Source of the DNA: Sphingobium sp.
Lineage (GTDB): Bacteria > Pseudomonadota > Alphaproteobacteria > Sphingomonadales > Sphingomonadaceae
Reading direction: 5' to 3'
Length of the DNA stretch: 48,955 bases
NCBI GenBank assembly: GCA_023266635.1
Contig: JAHFPU010000001.1
Span: forward strand, 1-48,955
The notes under the pieces are model-generated. The model was not told the DNA's origin. It worked only from the letters and a program-made list of their open reading frames with translations, and searched no databases. This document shows positions 41,006-48,955 of this stretch, piece by piece; position 1 is the first letter of the stretch, and every line of letters begins with the position of its first letter. Both the position numbers and the translations under genes were made by a program.

Positions 41006-41476
41006 CTACGCGTCACCCAACCGCACCGAAAGCCGCGTGATACGCGACCGATGGATCCGCCATTGCCCGTCCACGCGGTGATAGGTCTCGTGATAATGGC
41101 CGGTGCCGTGCAGGACCGTCTTGCCGTCCGGTTCCCAGATCTGGTCCTCCATGGCGATGACGCCACTGGCCAGCGTGTCGCTTTCGACACTGATTTCATG
41201 GCAATGGCCATGGTGGACGGTGGTATTGACCCCGATCGCGCCGCTGATGAAGTCGATGATCGTATCGCCGCCCTCATAGACCCAGCCATTGCTCTCGGCA
41301 GCCGGACCTTCCTCCGCCTGACCGTCAATGCTGAGCGACGCGCGTGCGTCGAAAATCGCGTCGTCACAAAAGACATGACGCAGGCCGTCCCAGTCCTTCG
41401 TATCCATCAGGCGGAAATAGCGCGCCTTGAGTTGCTTGATGGCCTCGATGGCGAAAAGCTGATCCACGATATCCAT
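41006..41476 (-). CDS. NTF2/SnoaL-like protein (BaiE/scytalone dehydratase type)
   Basis: Motifs IKQLKARYFRLMDTKDW, TVHHGH, GHYHETY and WRI. Confidence 0.9.
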   Translation of the reverse strand: MDIVDQLFAIEAIKQLKARYFRLMDTKDWDGLRHVFCDDAIFDARASLSIDGQAEEGPAAESNGWVYEGGDTIIDFISGAIGVNTTVHHGHCHEISVESDTLASGVIAMEDQIWEPDGKTVLHGTGHYHETYHRVDGQWRIHRSRITRLSVRLGDA

Positions 41477-41520
41477 GCATAATTCCTCTCAATACCTTCC
41501 CTAAGGCGCGCGTAACGCAA

Positions 41521-42072
41521 TCAGGAACTGGCGGTTGTCAGAGGCGCTGGCTCAGACATGAAGGCTGGCCCCGCCAAGGCAACGCCATGATCCCGGACCG
41601 CTATGGGCCATCCCTCCGACGCCACAATGAATGCCGCCCGGTCCTTCGCGTACAGCGCCCGAATTGCCCCCTCATAGCCCGGACGATCGCCCGCCATCGC
41701 CGTCAGGAAATGATAGGCGGCGTCCATGGCCGCGCGCGGCGAGGGCTTCTCCGCACTTTCCTTGCGCGCCGCCTCCACCAACCGGCGCAGCGTGACGGAC
41801 GCGCCACCAGGCTGCGCGCCCAGCCATTCCCACTGGCGCGGCAGCAGGGTCACCTCCCGCGCCTGCACGCCCAGCTTAGGCCTGCCCCGCCCTCGCGCCG
41901 GCTCGGGCTGCGGTCCACGCATGTCGATATCGACCTGCCGCCCGGTCGCATCGTCGAAGATCAGGATCAGCGGCGCATCACCGTCCATAGCGCGAATGGC
42001 GGACCGCACCTCGTCCTCCTCGCCCGTCCCGATCCAGTAATCGCCTGCAAAGGCCGTCAATGTGCGCGACAC
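41521..42072 (-). CDS. DUF2239 family protein (RHH-like segment)
   Basis: IFDDATG, RGRGRPKLGV.AREVTLLPR.WEWL..QPGGASVTLRRLV and AGDRPGYE. GTG start after AAGGAG. Confidence 0.9.
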   Translation of the reverse strand: MSRTLTAFAGDYWIGTGEEDEVRSAIRAMDGDAPLILIFDDATGRQVDIDMRGPQPEPARGRGRPKLGVQAREVTLLPRQWEWLGAQPGGASVTLRRLVEAARKESAEKPSPRAAMDAAYHFLTAMAGDRPGYEGAIRALYAKDRAAFIVASEGWPIAVRDHGVALAGPAFMSEPAPLTTASS

Positions 42073-42095
42073 GCCGTATCTCCTTCGGCGCGCCT

Positions 42096-42140
42096 ATTAT
42101 TACCCGGATGTTATTGAGTCAATATTATCCGGGTAATAAT
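42096..42140. promoter_or_regulatory. Palindromic promoter/operator of the DUF2239 gene
   Basis: Perfect 14-bp arms ATTATTACCCGGAT / ATCCGGGTAATAAT around TATTGA-G-TCAATA. A minus-strand TTGACT and a GANTC lie at the centre. Confidence 0.75.
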
Positions 42141-42154
42141 TGTCGAATTGCGAT

Positions 42155-42508
42155 TTATGCCGGTCGCCGAGCGGCAAGGTCGAGCCTGTCCAGCCATGCC
42201 CGCGCCTGCTTCGGTTCGCCGACGGCGCTGGACTTGACCGGCCCACGCGACGCCAGAAACTCCTGATGCAGCGCGAACGGCTCCAGGCTCAACAGTTCGC
42301 GGATCGCATCGATGGCCTCGCCCAGTTCGCAGAGATTGTCGACGACAGGCGCCACTTTGGCGCGCGTTGCACGGTCCTGCTGATGATCGAACAATCCCCA
42401 GGACCCGGCCGCCGTTGCCTTCAGCGCCGCAACCAGCGCTTCGGCATAGTCGGCCTCCAGCCCCTCGCGGCGCGCGTCCATGCGCTCAAGGCGATCGGCT
42501 CTTGCCAT
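42155..42508 (-). CDS. Hypothetical protein
   Basis: 117-aa ORF 3 nt downstream of xth, with host-like codons; WGLF and GEPKQA.AWL. Confidence 0.75.
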   Translation of the reverse strand: MARADRLERMDARREGLEADYAEALVAALKATAAGSWGLFDHQQDRATRAKVAPVVDNLCELGEAIDAIRELLSLEPFALHQEFLASRGPVKSSAVGEPKQARAWLDRLDLAARRPA

Positions 42509-42511
42509 GAC

Positions 42512-43282
42512 CTACCGCAACTCGACCCATACGGGCGCATGATCGCTGGCCTTCTCCCGCCCGCGAAATTCCTTGTCGACCTGCGCATCGACCAGCCGGT
42601 CGGCGGCGGGCGGGCTGAGCAGCAGGTGATCGATCCGGAACCCCGCATCACGCGGCCAGGCGTTCATTTGATAATCCCAATAGGTCCACACGCCGCCCGC
42701 CGGATGGCGCGAGAGCAGCGCGTCAGTCCACCCGTCGCCCAATATCCGGCGATAGGCCGCCCGGCTCTCCGGCTGCATTAGCGCGTCGTCCTGCATCGCC
42801 CTGACCGAATAGGTGTCCTTGTCGCGCGGGATGACATTATAGTCCCCGGCAAGCACCGCCGGCACCTCCTCCGCCCAGATTTCGGCGGCCCGCGCGCGCA
42901 ACCGCTTCATCCAGCGCAGCTTATAGTCGAACTTCGGCCCCGGCTGCGGATTGCCGTTGGGCAGGTAGATGCTGGCGATCCGCACCCCATCGACCTCGGC
43001 CTCCAGATAGCGGCTATGCTCATCCTCCGCCTCACCCTCAAGGCCCCGCGCGACCTCCACCGGGACCTGCCCCCGCGCCAGGATCGCGACGCCGTTGAAC
43101 CCCTTCTGCCCATGCCAAATCGCGCCGTAACCCGCTTCCTCGATGTCCTTCACGGGGAAGGTCTCGTCGGACGTCTTGATCTCCTGCAGGCACGCCACAT
43201 CAGGCTGCGTCTCCTGCAACCACTCGACAAGGCGAGGCAGCCGCGCCTTGATGCCGTTGATGTTGAAGGTGGCAATGCGCAT
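42512..43282 (-). CDS. xth: Exodeoxyribonuclease III
   Basis: Motifs MRIATFNINGI, CLQEIK, YLPNGNP, GDYN, RIDH and SDHAP. Confidence 0.96.
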   Translation of the reverse strand: MRIATFNINGIKARLPRLVEWLQETQPDVACLQEIKTSDETFPVKDIEEAGYGAIWHGQKGFNGVAILARGQVPVEVARGLEGEAEDEHSRYLEAEVDGVRIASIYLPNGNPQPGPKFDYKLRWMKRLRARAAEIWAEEVPAVLAGDYNVIPRDKDTYSVRAMQDDALMQPESRAAYRRILGDGWTDALLSRHPAGGVWTYWDYQMNAWPRDAGFRIDHLLLSPPAADRLVDAQVDKEFRGREKASDHAPVWVELR

Positions 43283-43452
43283 GGGTGGCGGGGTCCTTGG
43301 GTGGGCGCCATGTCAGCGGCCATCGGTTCACTCTTTGGAGAAAGAGAGACAGGTGAGCAAGGTGATCACTCAGCTACCACGCCGAAACGGACGCAATAGC
43401 GATCGACCGAAATATAAATTGGGCACATGATTGGATTGTGCAGGGGGTTGAG

Positions 43453-44118
43453 GTGCAGAATTATCTGAGATTGGTTTTCGCGATGATCACTTCTGTCGGC
43501 GCTGCAGCATGCGATAATGCAGCCGTAGTCGAAGTGGACAAACCCGGTGAAAAGAGCTTCGTAACCCGCGATGGCGTGGTTCAGTCGTTCGACTTTAAAT
43601 TAAACGAACATAGAAGCCGCGACTGGTTCATGGATATCCGCCTGGCCAATGGCAAAACCGTTCGCAACATCCTCTTGAATAGAAAAAATTGCACCACGGG
43701 TTCGGCGGTACGCATAACAACCCATATGACGGGTGATCCCGCCAATGATGATCGCGCGACCTGCAACTTGCCGGAAGATGTCGAGCATGATCGGGAGGCC
43801 ATGTATGCTTATGCGCGACAGTGCGAACAGAAATGTAGTCTTCCTGTCGCTATGGAAACTGATCGCCTTCGACTGAGAAAAATTTCAAAGCAGTGTGGCG
43901 AGCCTGATCTGGATTTCACTCCTATGGGACCGGGGAAGCGAGATTTTCAGATTGATTTGGCCCGCATCACTGGAAGTCTATTTAGGTTACCCACGCCTGC
44001 CGAGGTGGAGCAGGGCGAACGTCAGGCTCGCGCGGAGGCAGCATTGCCTTGCATTGAAGCTGGAGCGATTAAGGGCGGCATGACAGTCAAGTTTCCGGTC
44101 ACCATTGTTGCGAATTGA
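43453..44118 (+). CDS. Hypothetical Cys-rich lipoprotein, AT-richer than the host
   Basis: About 220-aa ORF with an AAAC lipobox-like site and 6 further Cys. Start at GTG 43453 or 43438. Confidence 0.65.
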   Translation: MQNYLRLVFAMITSVGAAACDNAAVVEVDKPGEKSFVTRDGVVQSFDFKLNEHRSRDWFMDIRLANGKTVRNILLNRKNCTTGSAVRITTHMTGDPANDDRATCNLPEDVEHDREAMYAYARQCEQKCSLPVAMETDRLRLRKISKQCGEPDLDFTPMGPGKRDFQIDLARITGSLFRLPTPAEVEQGERQARAEAALPCIEAGAIKGGMTVKFPVTIVAN

Positions 44119-44209
44119 TGCTCCTACCTTGGAACGAAAACGCATACTTGGATGCCAACTGGTAGCTTCGTGATCAAGAAGGGCGGGTTGCGGCCGGTCT
44201 GCTTCTACG

Positions 44210-44383
44210 CCTCTCCCGTTTTCACGGGAGAGGGAGGGGCCCGTCGCGTAGCGATGGGAGGGTGAGGGTCTTGCCTCTTCGTCAGAAGAGGCGCGAGCCT
44301 GCGGCTCGCTTACCCTCATCCAACTACGCCTCAATCGCTGCGCTCATAAGGCTCCGTATCCTTCTCCCGCCTGCGGGAGAAGG
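44210..44383. repeat. REP-like element (CCTCTCCC...GGGAGAGG family)
   Basis: Terminal hairpins CCTCTCCCG-N6-CGGGAGAGG and CCTTCTCCCGC-CT-GCGGGAGAAGG, with internal GGGTGAGGG / CCCTCATCC arms. Confidence 0.8.
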
Positions 44384-44477
44384 TTTGGTGAATGGCGAGA
44401 AGTGGTCGAGTGCCTGCCATCAATCAGCTTCTCGCCCTTAGGTGAGTTTGACGCCTAGGCTCCCTACCGGAGCATGA

Positions 44478-45506
44478 TTACGGAAGAAGCAGCGACGCAT
44501 CCCCGTAGGAGTAGAAACGGTACGAGTTTGCAATCGCATGCGCATACGCCGCCTGCATCCGCTCCCTGCCCATCAGTGCCGAAACCAGCATGAACAGCGT
44601 CGACTTGGGAAGGTGAAAGTTCGTCATCAGTCCGTCGATCGCCCGGAACCGGTATCCCGGCGTGATGAATATCCGCGTCTCGCCCGCAAACGGCGTGATC
44701 ACGCCGTCCTCGCCCGTAGCGCTTTCCAGCAGGCGCAGGCTGGTCGTGCCCACGGAGATCAGCCGCCCGCCCCGCGCCCGCACGGCATTCAGCCGGTCCG
44801 CCGTCTCGGCGTCGATCCGCCCCCATTCCGCGTGCATGCGATGGTCGTCGGTGTCGTCGGCCTTCACCGGCAGGAACGTCCCCGCGCCGACATGCAGCGT
44901 CAGCGTCTCGGTCACTATCCCCGCCGCCGCCAGCCGGTCCATCAGGCCGGGCGTGAAGTGCAATGCCGCCGTGGGCGCCGCCACCGCGCCATCCTCCCGC
45001 GCGAACAGGGTCTGGTAGTCCTCCCGGTCGCGTTCGTCGGTCGGACGCTTGCTGGCGATATAGGGCGGCAGCGGCATCCGCCCCGCCCGCTCAAGCAGCA
45101 CCTCGACCGGCTCATCCCCCTCAAAGGACAGGCTCACTCCGCCATCCTCGTCGCGCGGCCCGGCGATGGCGGTGACGCCCGCGCCGAAATCGATCCGGTC
45201 GCCGTCCCGCACTCGCTTGGCATTGCGCAGGAAGGCCTGCCATTGCCGGAGCCCCATCCGCTTGTGCAGCGTCGCGCCGATACGCGCCTCGCCCCGCATG
45301 CCCTCAAGCTGGGCCGGGATCACGCGCGTATCGTTGAATATCAGGCAGTCGCCCGCGCGCAGCATGTCCGGCAGGTCGGCGACGCCGCGATCCTCCAGCT
45401 CCTCCGCCCCATGCAGCACCAGCATGCGCGCAGCATCACGCGGCGCGGCAGGACGCAAAGCTATCCGCTCGGGCGGCAGGTCGAAATCGAACAGATCAAC
45501 GCGCAT
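44478..45506 (-). CDS. queA: S-adenosylmethionine:tRNA ribosyltransferase-isomerase
   Basis: Motifs [37 protein letters not shown] and FYSYGDA. Confidence 0.97.
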   Translation of the reverse strand: MRVDLFDFDLPPERIALRPAAPRDAARMLVLHGAEELEDRGVADLPDMLRAGDCLIFNDTRVIPAQLEGMRGEARIGATLHKRMGLRQWQAFLRNAKRVRDGDRIDFGAGVTAIAGPRDEDGGVSLSFEGDEPVEVLLERAGRMPLPPYIASKRPTDERDREDYQTLFAREDGAVAAPTAALHFTPGLMDRLAAAGIVTETLTLHVGAGTFLPVKADDTDDHRMHAEWGRIDAETADRLNAVRARGGRLISVGTTSLRLLESATGEDGVITPFAGETRIFITPGYRFRAIDGLMTNFHLPKSTLFMLVSALMGRERMQAAYAHAIANSYRFYSYGDASLLLP

Positions 45507-45549
45507 GGATGTGCCCGGCCCTCAGCATGTATCCGCGAGGGCGTGGGAC

Positions 45550-46344
45550 CTACTTCTTCTTTGGCGCCGGCTTCTTCTTCGCAGGGGCGGACTTGCCACC
45601 CAGCGGCGCGTTGAGGTCGGACAGGCTCGGGGCCGGACCGCGCGGCGCGCTCAGATTAGTCGGGATCGGCTTGCCGTCGCTCTCGATCGACGCCTGCACG
45701 ATGACGGCCGGATTGGCCGGCGGCTCGCCCAGGGGAATCGCGTCGACATATTGGATGCCCTCGATCACCCGGCCGAAGACGGTATATTTCTTGTCCAGCT
45801 GCATCCGCGGTTGGAACAGGATGAAGAACTGGCTGTTGGCGCTGTCCTCGCCCTGCGCGCGCGCCATGGACACCGTGCCGCGCAGATGCGGCAGCATGTT
45901 GAATTCCTGCTTCAGGTCGGGAAGCGTCGATCCGCCGGTGCCGTCGCCTTTGGGATCGCCGCCCTGCGCCATGAAGCCGGGGATGACGCGGTGGAATTTG
46001 AGGCCATTATACAGGCCCTGGCGCGTCAGTTCCTTGATCCGCGCGACATGGTTCGGCGCGACGTCGGGGCGCAGCTGGATGCGGACCCGGCCACCGGTCG
46101 ACAGGTCCAGGTCCCACACATCGTCGGGATTGATCGGCAGGCTGGCGGGCGGGATCTTCGGCGCGCCCTCGGCCTTCAGCGCCTTGACGTTCGCTTCCGC
46201 CTTGGCCGCCGATTCCGCTTCCTTGTTCTCGTCAGGCTTGCCGCCGCCCTGCGCATAGGCAGGGACGCTGGCCGTCATGACCAGAGCCGCGCAGGCAAGG
46301 GCAAAGGCCCTGCCCAGTGATCCGAACCCAGAGGAAAACGCCAT
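45550..46344 (-). CDS. Cyclophilin-type peptidyl-prolyl isomerase, exported
   Basis: FHRVIPGFMAQGGD, SMAR and SANSQFFI, plus a signal peptide. Confidence 0.94.
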   Translation of the reverse strand: MAFSSGFGSLGRAFALACAALVMTASVPAYAQGGGKPDENKEAESAAKAEANVKALKAEGAPKIPPASLPINPDDVWDLDLSTGGRVRIQLRPDVAPNHVARIKELTRQGLYNGLKFHRVIPGFMAQGGDPKGDGTGGSTLPDLKQEFNMLPHLRGTVSMARAQGEDSANSQFFILFQPRMQLDKKYTVFGRVIEGIQYVDAIPLGEPPANPAVIVQASIESDGKPIPTNLSAPRGPAPSLSDLNAPLGGKSAPAKKKPAPKKK

Positions 46345-46426
46345 GTGCCTGAACTCTCCCGCGCCGATGGGCGCGCCCTAGAAATATGCGCCTAAAAAAA
46401 TCTCAATGAACGGTGGCTGAGCGAAC

Positions 46427-46933
46427 TCAGTCTCCCTTTCTTCCGATGCGCTCTACCCGCTCCATCACTTCCTCGCAAACCTTGGGACTGACGAATTTGT
46501 GGATAGCCCCGCCATAGAGGGCGATTTCCTTGACAAGGCGTGACGCGATCGGCTGCAGCGCCACGTCGGCCATCAGAAAAACCGTGTCGACCCGGTCGTT
46601 AAGCTGGCGGTTCATGCCGGTCAGTTGATACTCATATTCGAAGTCGGTGACGCCCCGGATTCCCCGCACGATCATGGTGGCGCCCTGCTGCTCGGCAAAA
46701 TCCATCAGCAGCGAGTTGAAGCCGGTGACGACAACGTCCGCATCCACGCCCGCGCATTCCCGCCGCACCATATCCAGCCGCTCCTCGTCCGTGAACATGG
46801 GCGACTTGCTGATATTTGTGGTGACGCCGATCACCAGCCGGTCGACCAGCTTCGCGCCGCGCCGGATGATGTCCATATGGCCAAGAGTAATGGGGTCGAA
46901 CGTCCCCGGATACACGCCGATACGAATAGACAT
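46427..46933 (-). CDS. coaD: Phosphopantetheine adenylyltransferase
   Basis: Motifs YPGTFDPITLGH, RGIR and DFEYE. Confidence 0.97.
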   Translation of the reverse strand: MSIRIGVYPGTFDPITLGHMDIIRRGAKLVDRLVIGVTTNISKSPMFTDEERLDMVRRECAGVDADVVVTGFNSLLMDFAEQQGATMIVRGIRGVTDFEYEYQLTGMNRQLNDRVDTVFLMADVALQPIASRLVKEIALYGGAIHKFVSPKVCEEVMERVERIGRKGD

Positions 46934-46935
46934 GC

Positions 46936-47859
46936 CTATCTGTCCCTCTCGATCACATAATCCGCTATCGCGCGCAGCAGGTCGGCCTCCGCGCCAAAGC
47001 CGCGCAGATGCGCCTTCGCCTGATCGACCAGCATCTGCGCCTGTTCGCGCGCGCGCTCCACGCCCAGCAGGGACAGGAACGTCTCCTTGCCCGCCGCCGC
47101 ATCCTTGCCCAGCGCCTTGCCGGCCACGGCCTCGTCCCCTTCGACGTCCATCAGGTCATCGGCGATCTGGAACGCCAGCCCCAGGTCGCGGGCATAGCCG
47201 TGCAATCCCGTCCGCGCCTCGGGCGGCACCCGCGCCATGATAGCGGCCGCCTCGATGCAATAACCGATGAGCGCCCCGGTCTTGAGCTGCTGCAGCCGGG
47301 TGACGGTGGGCAGGTCGAAACTCGCCTTCTCCGCCTCTAGGTCCATCATCTGCCCGCCCGCCATCCCGGCCGGGCCGCTTGACAGCGCCAGCGCGCGGAT
47401 CAGCTCGACGCGCACAAACGGATCGCTGTGCGTCCGTTCGTCGCTCAAAATCTCGAAAGCGATGTCGTGCAGGCAGTCGCCCGCCAGGATCGCCGTCGCC
47501 TCGTCAAAGGCGATATGCACGGTGGCCTTGCCCCGGCGCAGCGCATCATCATCCATCGCCGGCAGGTCGTCATGGATCAGCGAATAGACATGGATGCACT
47601 CGACCGCGCACCCGACACGCACCAGCGATTCCTCGGGCAGGTTGAACAGCGATCCCGTCGCCCGCACCAGCAGCGGCCGCAGCCGCTTGCCGCCGCCGAT
47701 CGCGGCATGACGCATCGCTTCATATAATCTGTGTCGCGGATCGTCAGGGACTTCCAGCACCACATCGAACATCGCGTCGATGGCGCGCGCCGTCTCCTGC
47801 GCCGCCTGTCCCAGCAATGCCGCGCCCGGTGCGTCTGTGCCTGTGCCCCCCGATGCCAC
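46936..47859 (-). CDS. ispA: Farnesyl diphosphate synthase
   Basis: GGKRLRP, HDDLPAMDDD..RRG, GGQ..D, KTGAL and FQIADD. Start at GTG 47859. Confidence 0.93.
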   Translation of the reverse strand: MASGGTGTDAPGAALLGQAAQETARAIDAMFDVVLEVPDDPRHRLYEAMRHAAIGGGKRLRPLLVRATGSLFNLPEESLVRVGCAVECIHVYSLIHDDLPAMDDDALRRGKATVHIAFDEATAILAGDCLHDIAFEILSDERTHSDPFVRVELIRALALSSGPAGMAGGQMMDLEAEKASFDLPTVTRLQQLKTGALIGYCIEAAAIMARVPPEARTGLHGYARDLGLAFQIADDLMDVEGDEAVAGKALGKDAAAGKETFLSLLGVERAREQAQMLVDQAKAHLRGFGAEADLLRAIADYVIERDR

Positions 47860-47869
47860 CGCCTGTCCT

Positions 47870-48154
47870 TCAGTCGGCGCCGAAGGGCTGCGCACCCGTG
47901 ACCGAGCCATTGGCATCGACCGTCAACTTGCGAATCTTGGCCTCCGCGTCCTCAAGCCGCCGGGCACACTGCTTGCGCAATTCCTCGCCCCGCGCATAGA
48001 GCGCGATGGAGTCGTCAAGAGGCACGTCACCACTCTCCAGCTTCCGCACGATGCCCTCAAGCTCGCGCAGCGCCGCCTCGAAAGTCAGCGCGGAAAATTC
48101 CGCATCCACCTCTGCCGGTGCGTCCCGCCCGGTTAATTCGCCGTTATCGACCAT
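47870..48154 (-). CDS. xseB: Exodeoxyribonuclease VII small subunit
   Basis: TFEAALRELEGIVRKLESGDVPLDDSIALY.RG. Confidence 0.95.
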   Translation of the reverse strand: MVDNGELTGRDAPAEVDAEFSALTFEAALRELEGIVRKLESGDVPLDDSIALYARGEELRKQCARRLEDAEAKIRKLTVDANGSVTGAQPFGAD

Positions 48155-48346
48155 ATGCCTGCATTGACGCCCGGCAGCGGCGGGGTCAAGCCTTGGCTGG
48201 CGCGCTTTCCCGCTTCAGCCCGCGTTCATAACCTCACCGTCATGAATCTGCCATGCTGCTCTGCAAAATTGCAGGTGGTAAAAGGATGGTTAAGGCGTAG
48301 TTTTCCATTGACGCTCCATGCTGCAATTGCACATACGGATAATGCT

Positions 48347-48727
48347 ATGAAACTTTATATCCCCCTGCTCGCCGCCACCTCGCTGATGTTGCTTTCCGCC
48401 TGTGGCCAGTCCGAACCCGAAGTCGTCGGCGGTCCTGCCGATCCGATGAAGGATCAGCTTGCAAAGGCTGCGCCGGTGAAGCTGCCGCCGTCCGTCAAGA
48501 ACAGCCGCACCTATCGCTGCAAGGACAACAGCCTGCTGTTCGTCGACTTCCTGTCGGACGACACGACGGCGAACCTGCGGCTCGAGAAGACCGGCGCGCC
48601 GACCAAGCTGGTCGCTGCCGAGGCAGGCAAATCCTATGTCGCGGCTGGCGGCTTTGAGGTCGACGGCAACGGCACGACGATCAACGCAACCGTGCCGGGC
48701 AAGAGCGCCCAGAGCTGCAAGGCCTGA
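48347..48727 (+). CDS. Hypothetical lipoprotein (two-Cys beta-rich domain)
   Basis: LSAC lipobox, YRCKDNS and a terminal SCKA. Start at ATG 48347. Confidence 0.8.
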   Translation: MKLYIPLLAATSLMLLSACGQSEPEVVGGPADPMKDQLAKAAPVKLPPSVKNSRTYRCKDNSLLFVDFLSDDTTANLRLEKTGAPTKLVAAEAGKSYVAAGGFEVDGNGTTINATVPGKSAQSCKA

Positions 48728-48775
48728 TCACCCGACCGGGTCCGCCCCCACGGACCTGATCTTCCACCCTACACC

Positions 48776-48807
48776 GGGCCGGACGCACCACGCGACCGGC
48801 CCTTTTT
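48776..48807 (+). terminator. Rho-independent terminator
   Basis: GGGCCGG...CCGGCCC followed by TTTTTCTT. Confidence 0.7.
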
Positions 48808-48836
48808 CTTTGGCGATCGACGTCATCTTGTCATTC

Positions 48837-48955
48837 GTCATCCCGGACTTGATCCCACAACTGTCCGGGATTTTTTTGCTGTTTTAGATTGCACGGCAGC
48901 AAAGTCCTGGGGAATCTGCCAAGATTGTGTTGTTGAGACATAATATTGGAGATCT
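48837..48955 (+). mobile_element. REP half-site (GTCATCCCGGACTTGATCC) followed by a putative IS end, truncated
   Basis: The REP-like motif breaks off into AT-rich sequence with hairpins and a GGAG at the window end. Confidence 0.35.

Noticed and set aside
41006-41476. SnoaL-like protein as LinA (HCH dehydrochlorinase)
   Set aside because: It has the same fold class, but the sequence does not match LinA as I recall it, and no lin genes or IS6100 are nearby.

Overview
GC-rich alphaproteobacterial chromosomal segment, most consistent with Sphingomonadaceae (Sphingobium-like). It is probably a whole contig: the left end runs into an IS5-family element and the right end into a putative element inside a REP. 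Most of it is core genome: rnhB, thiD, glmM, carD/cdnL, fdxA, a SUV3-like helicase, an M23 peptidase, hemB, rplU-rpmA, obgE-proB, xth and queA-ppi-coaD-ispA-xseB. The main feature is an ~11 kb sphingolipid locus (30030-40856): ceramide reductase, ACP, serine palmitoyltransferase, an orphan hybrid kinase, a DUF2141 / ceramide-kinase-like / Tam41-like operon, and an lptF-lptG-ceramide synthase operon. The Tam41-like motifs suggest a CDP-ceramide intermediate (inference). Other signals: a 45-bp palindromic operator in front of an RHH-like DUF2239 gene, a shared operator linking a YtrA-type GntR to two GIN-domain genes, a POT transporter with an active plus degenerate amidohydrolase pair, small proteins missed or mis-started by the ORF track (one with an apparent ATC start), vapBC, a CtrA box, and three families of REP-like repeats. 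No rRNA, tRNA or CRISPR was seen. All calls come from motif recognition by eye; no searches were run.
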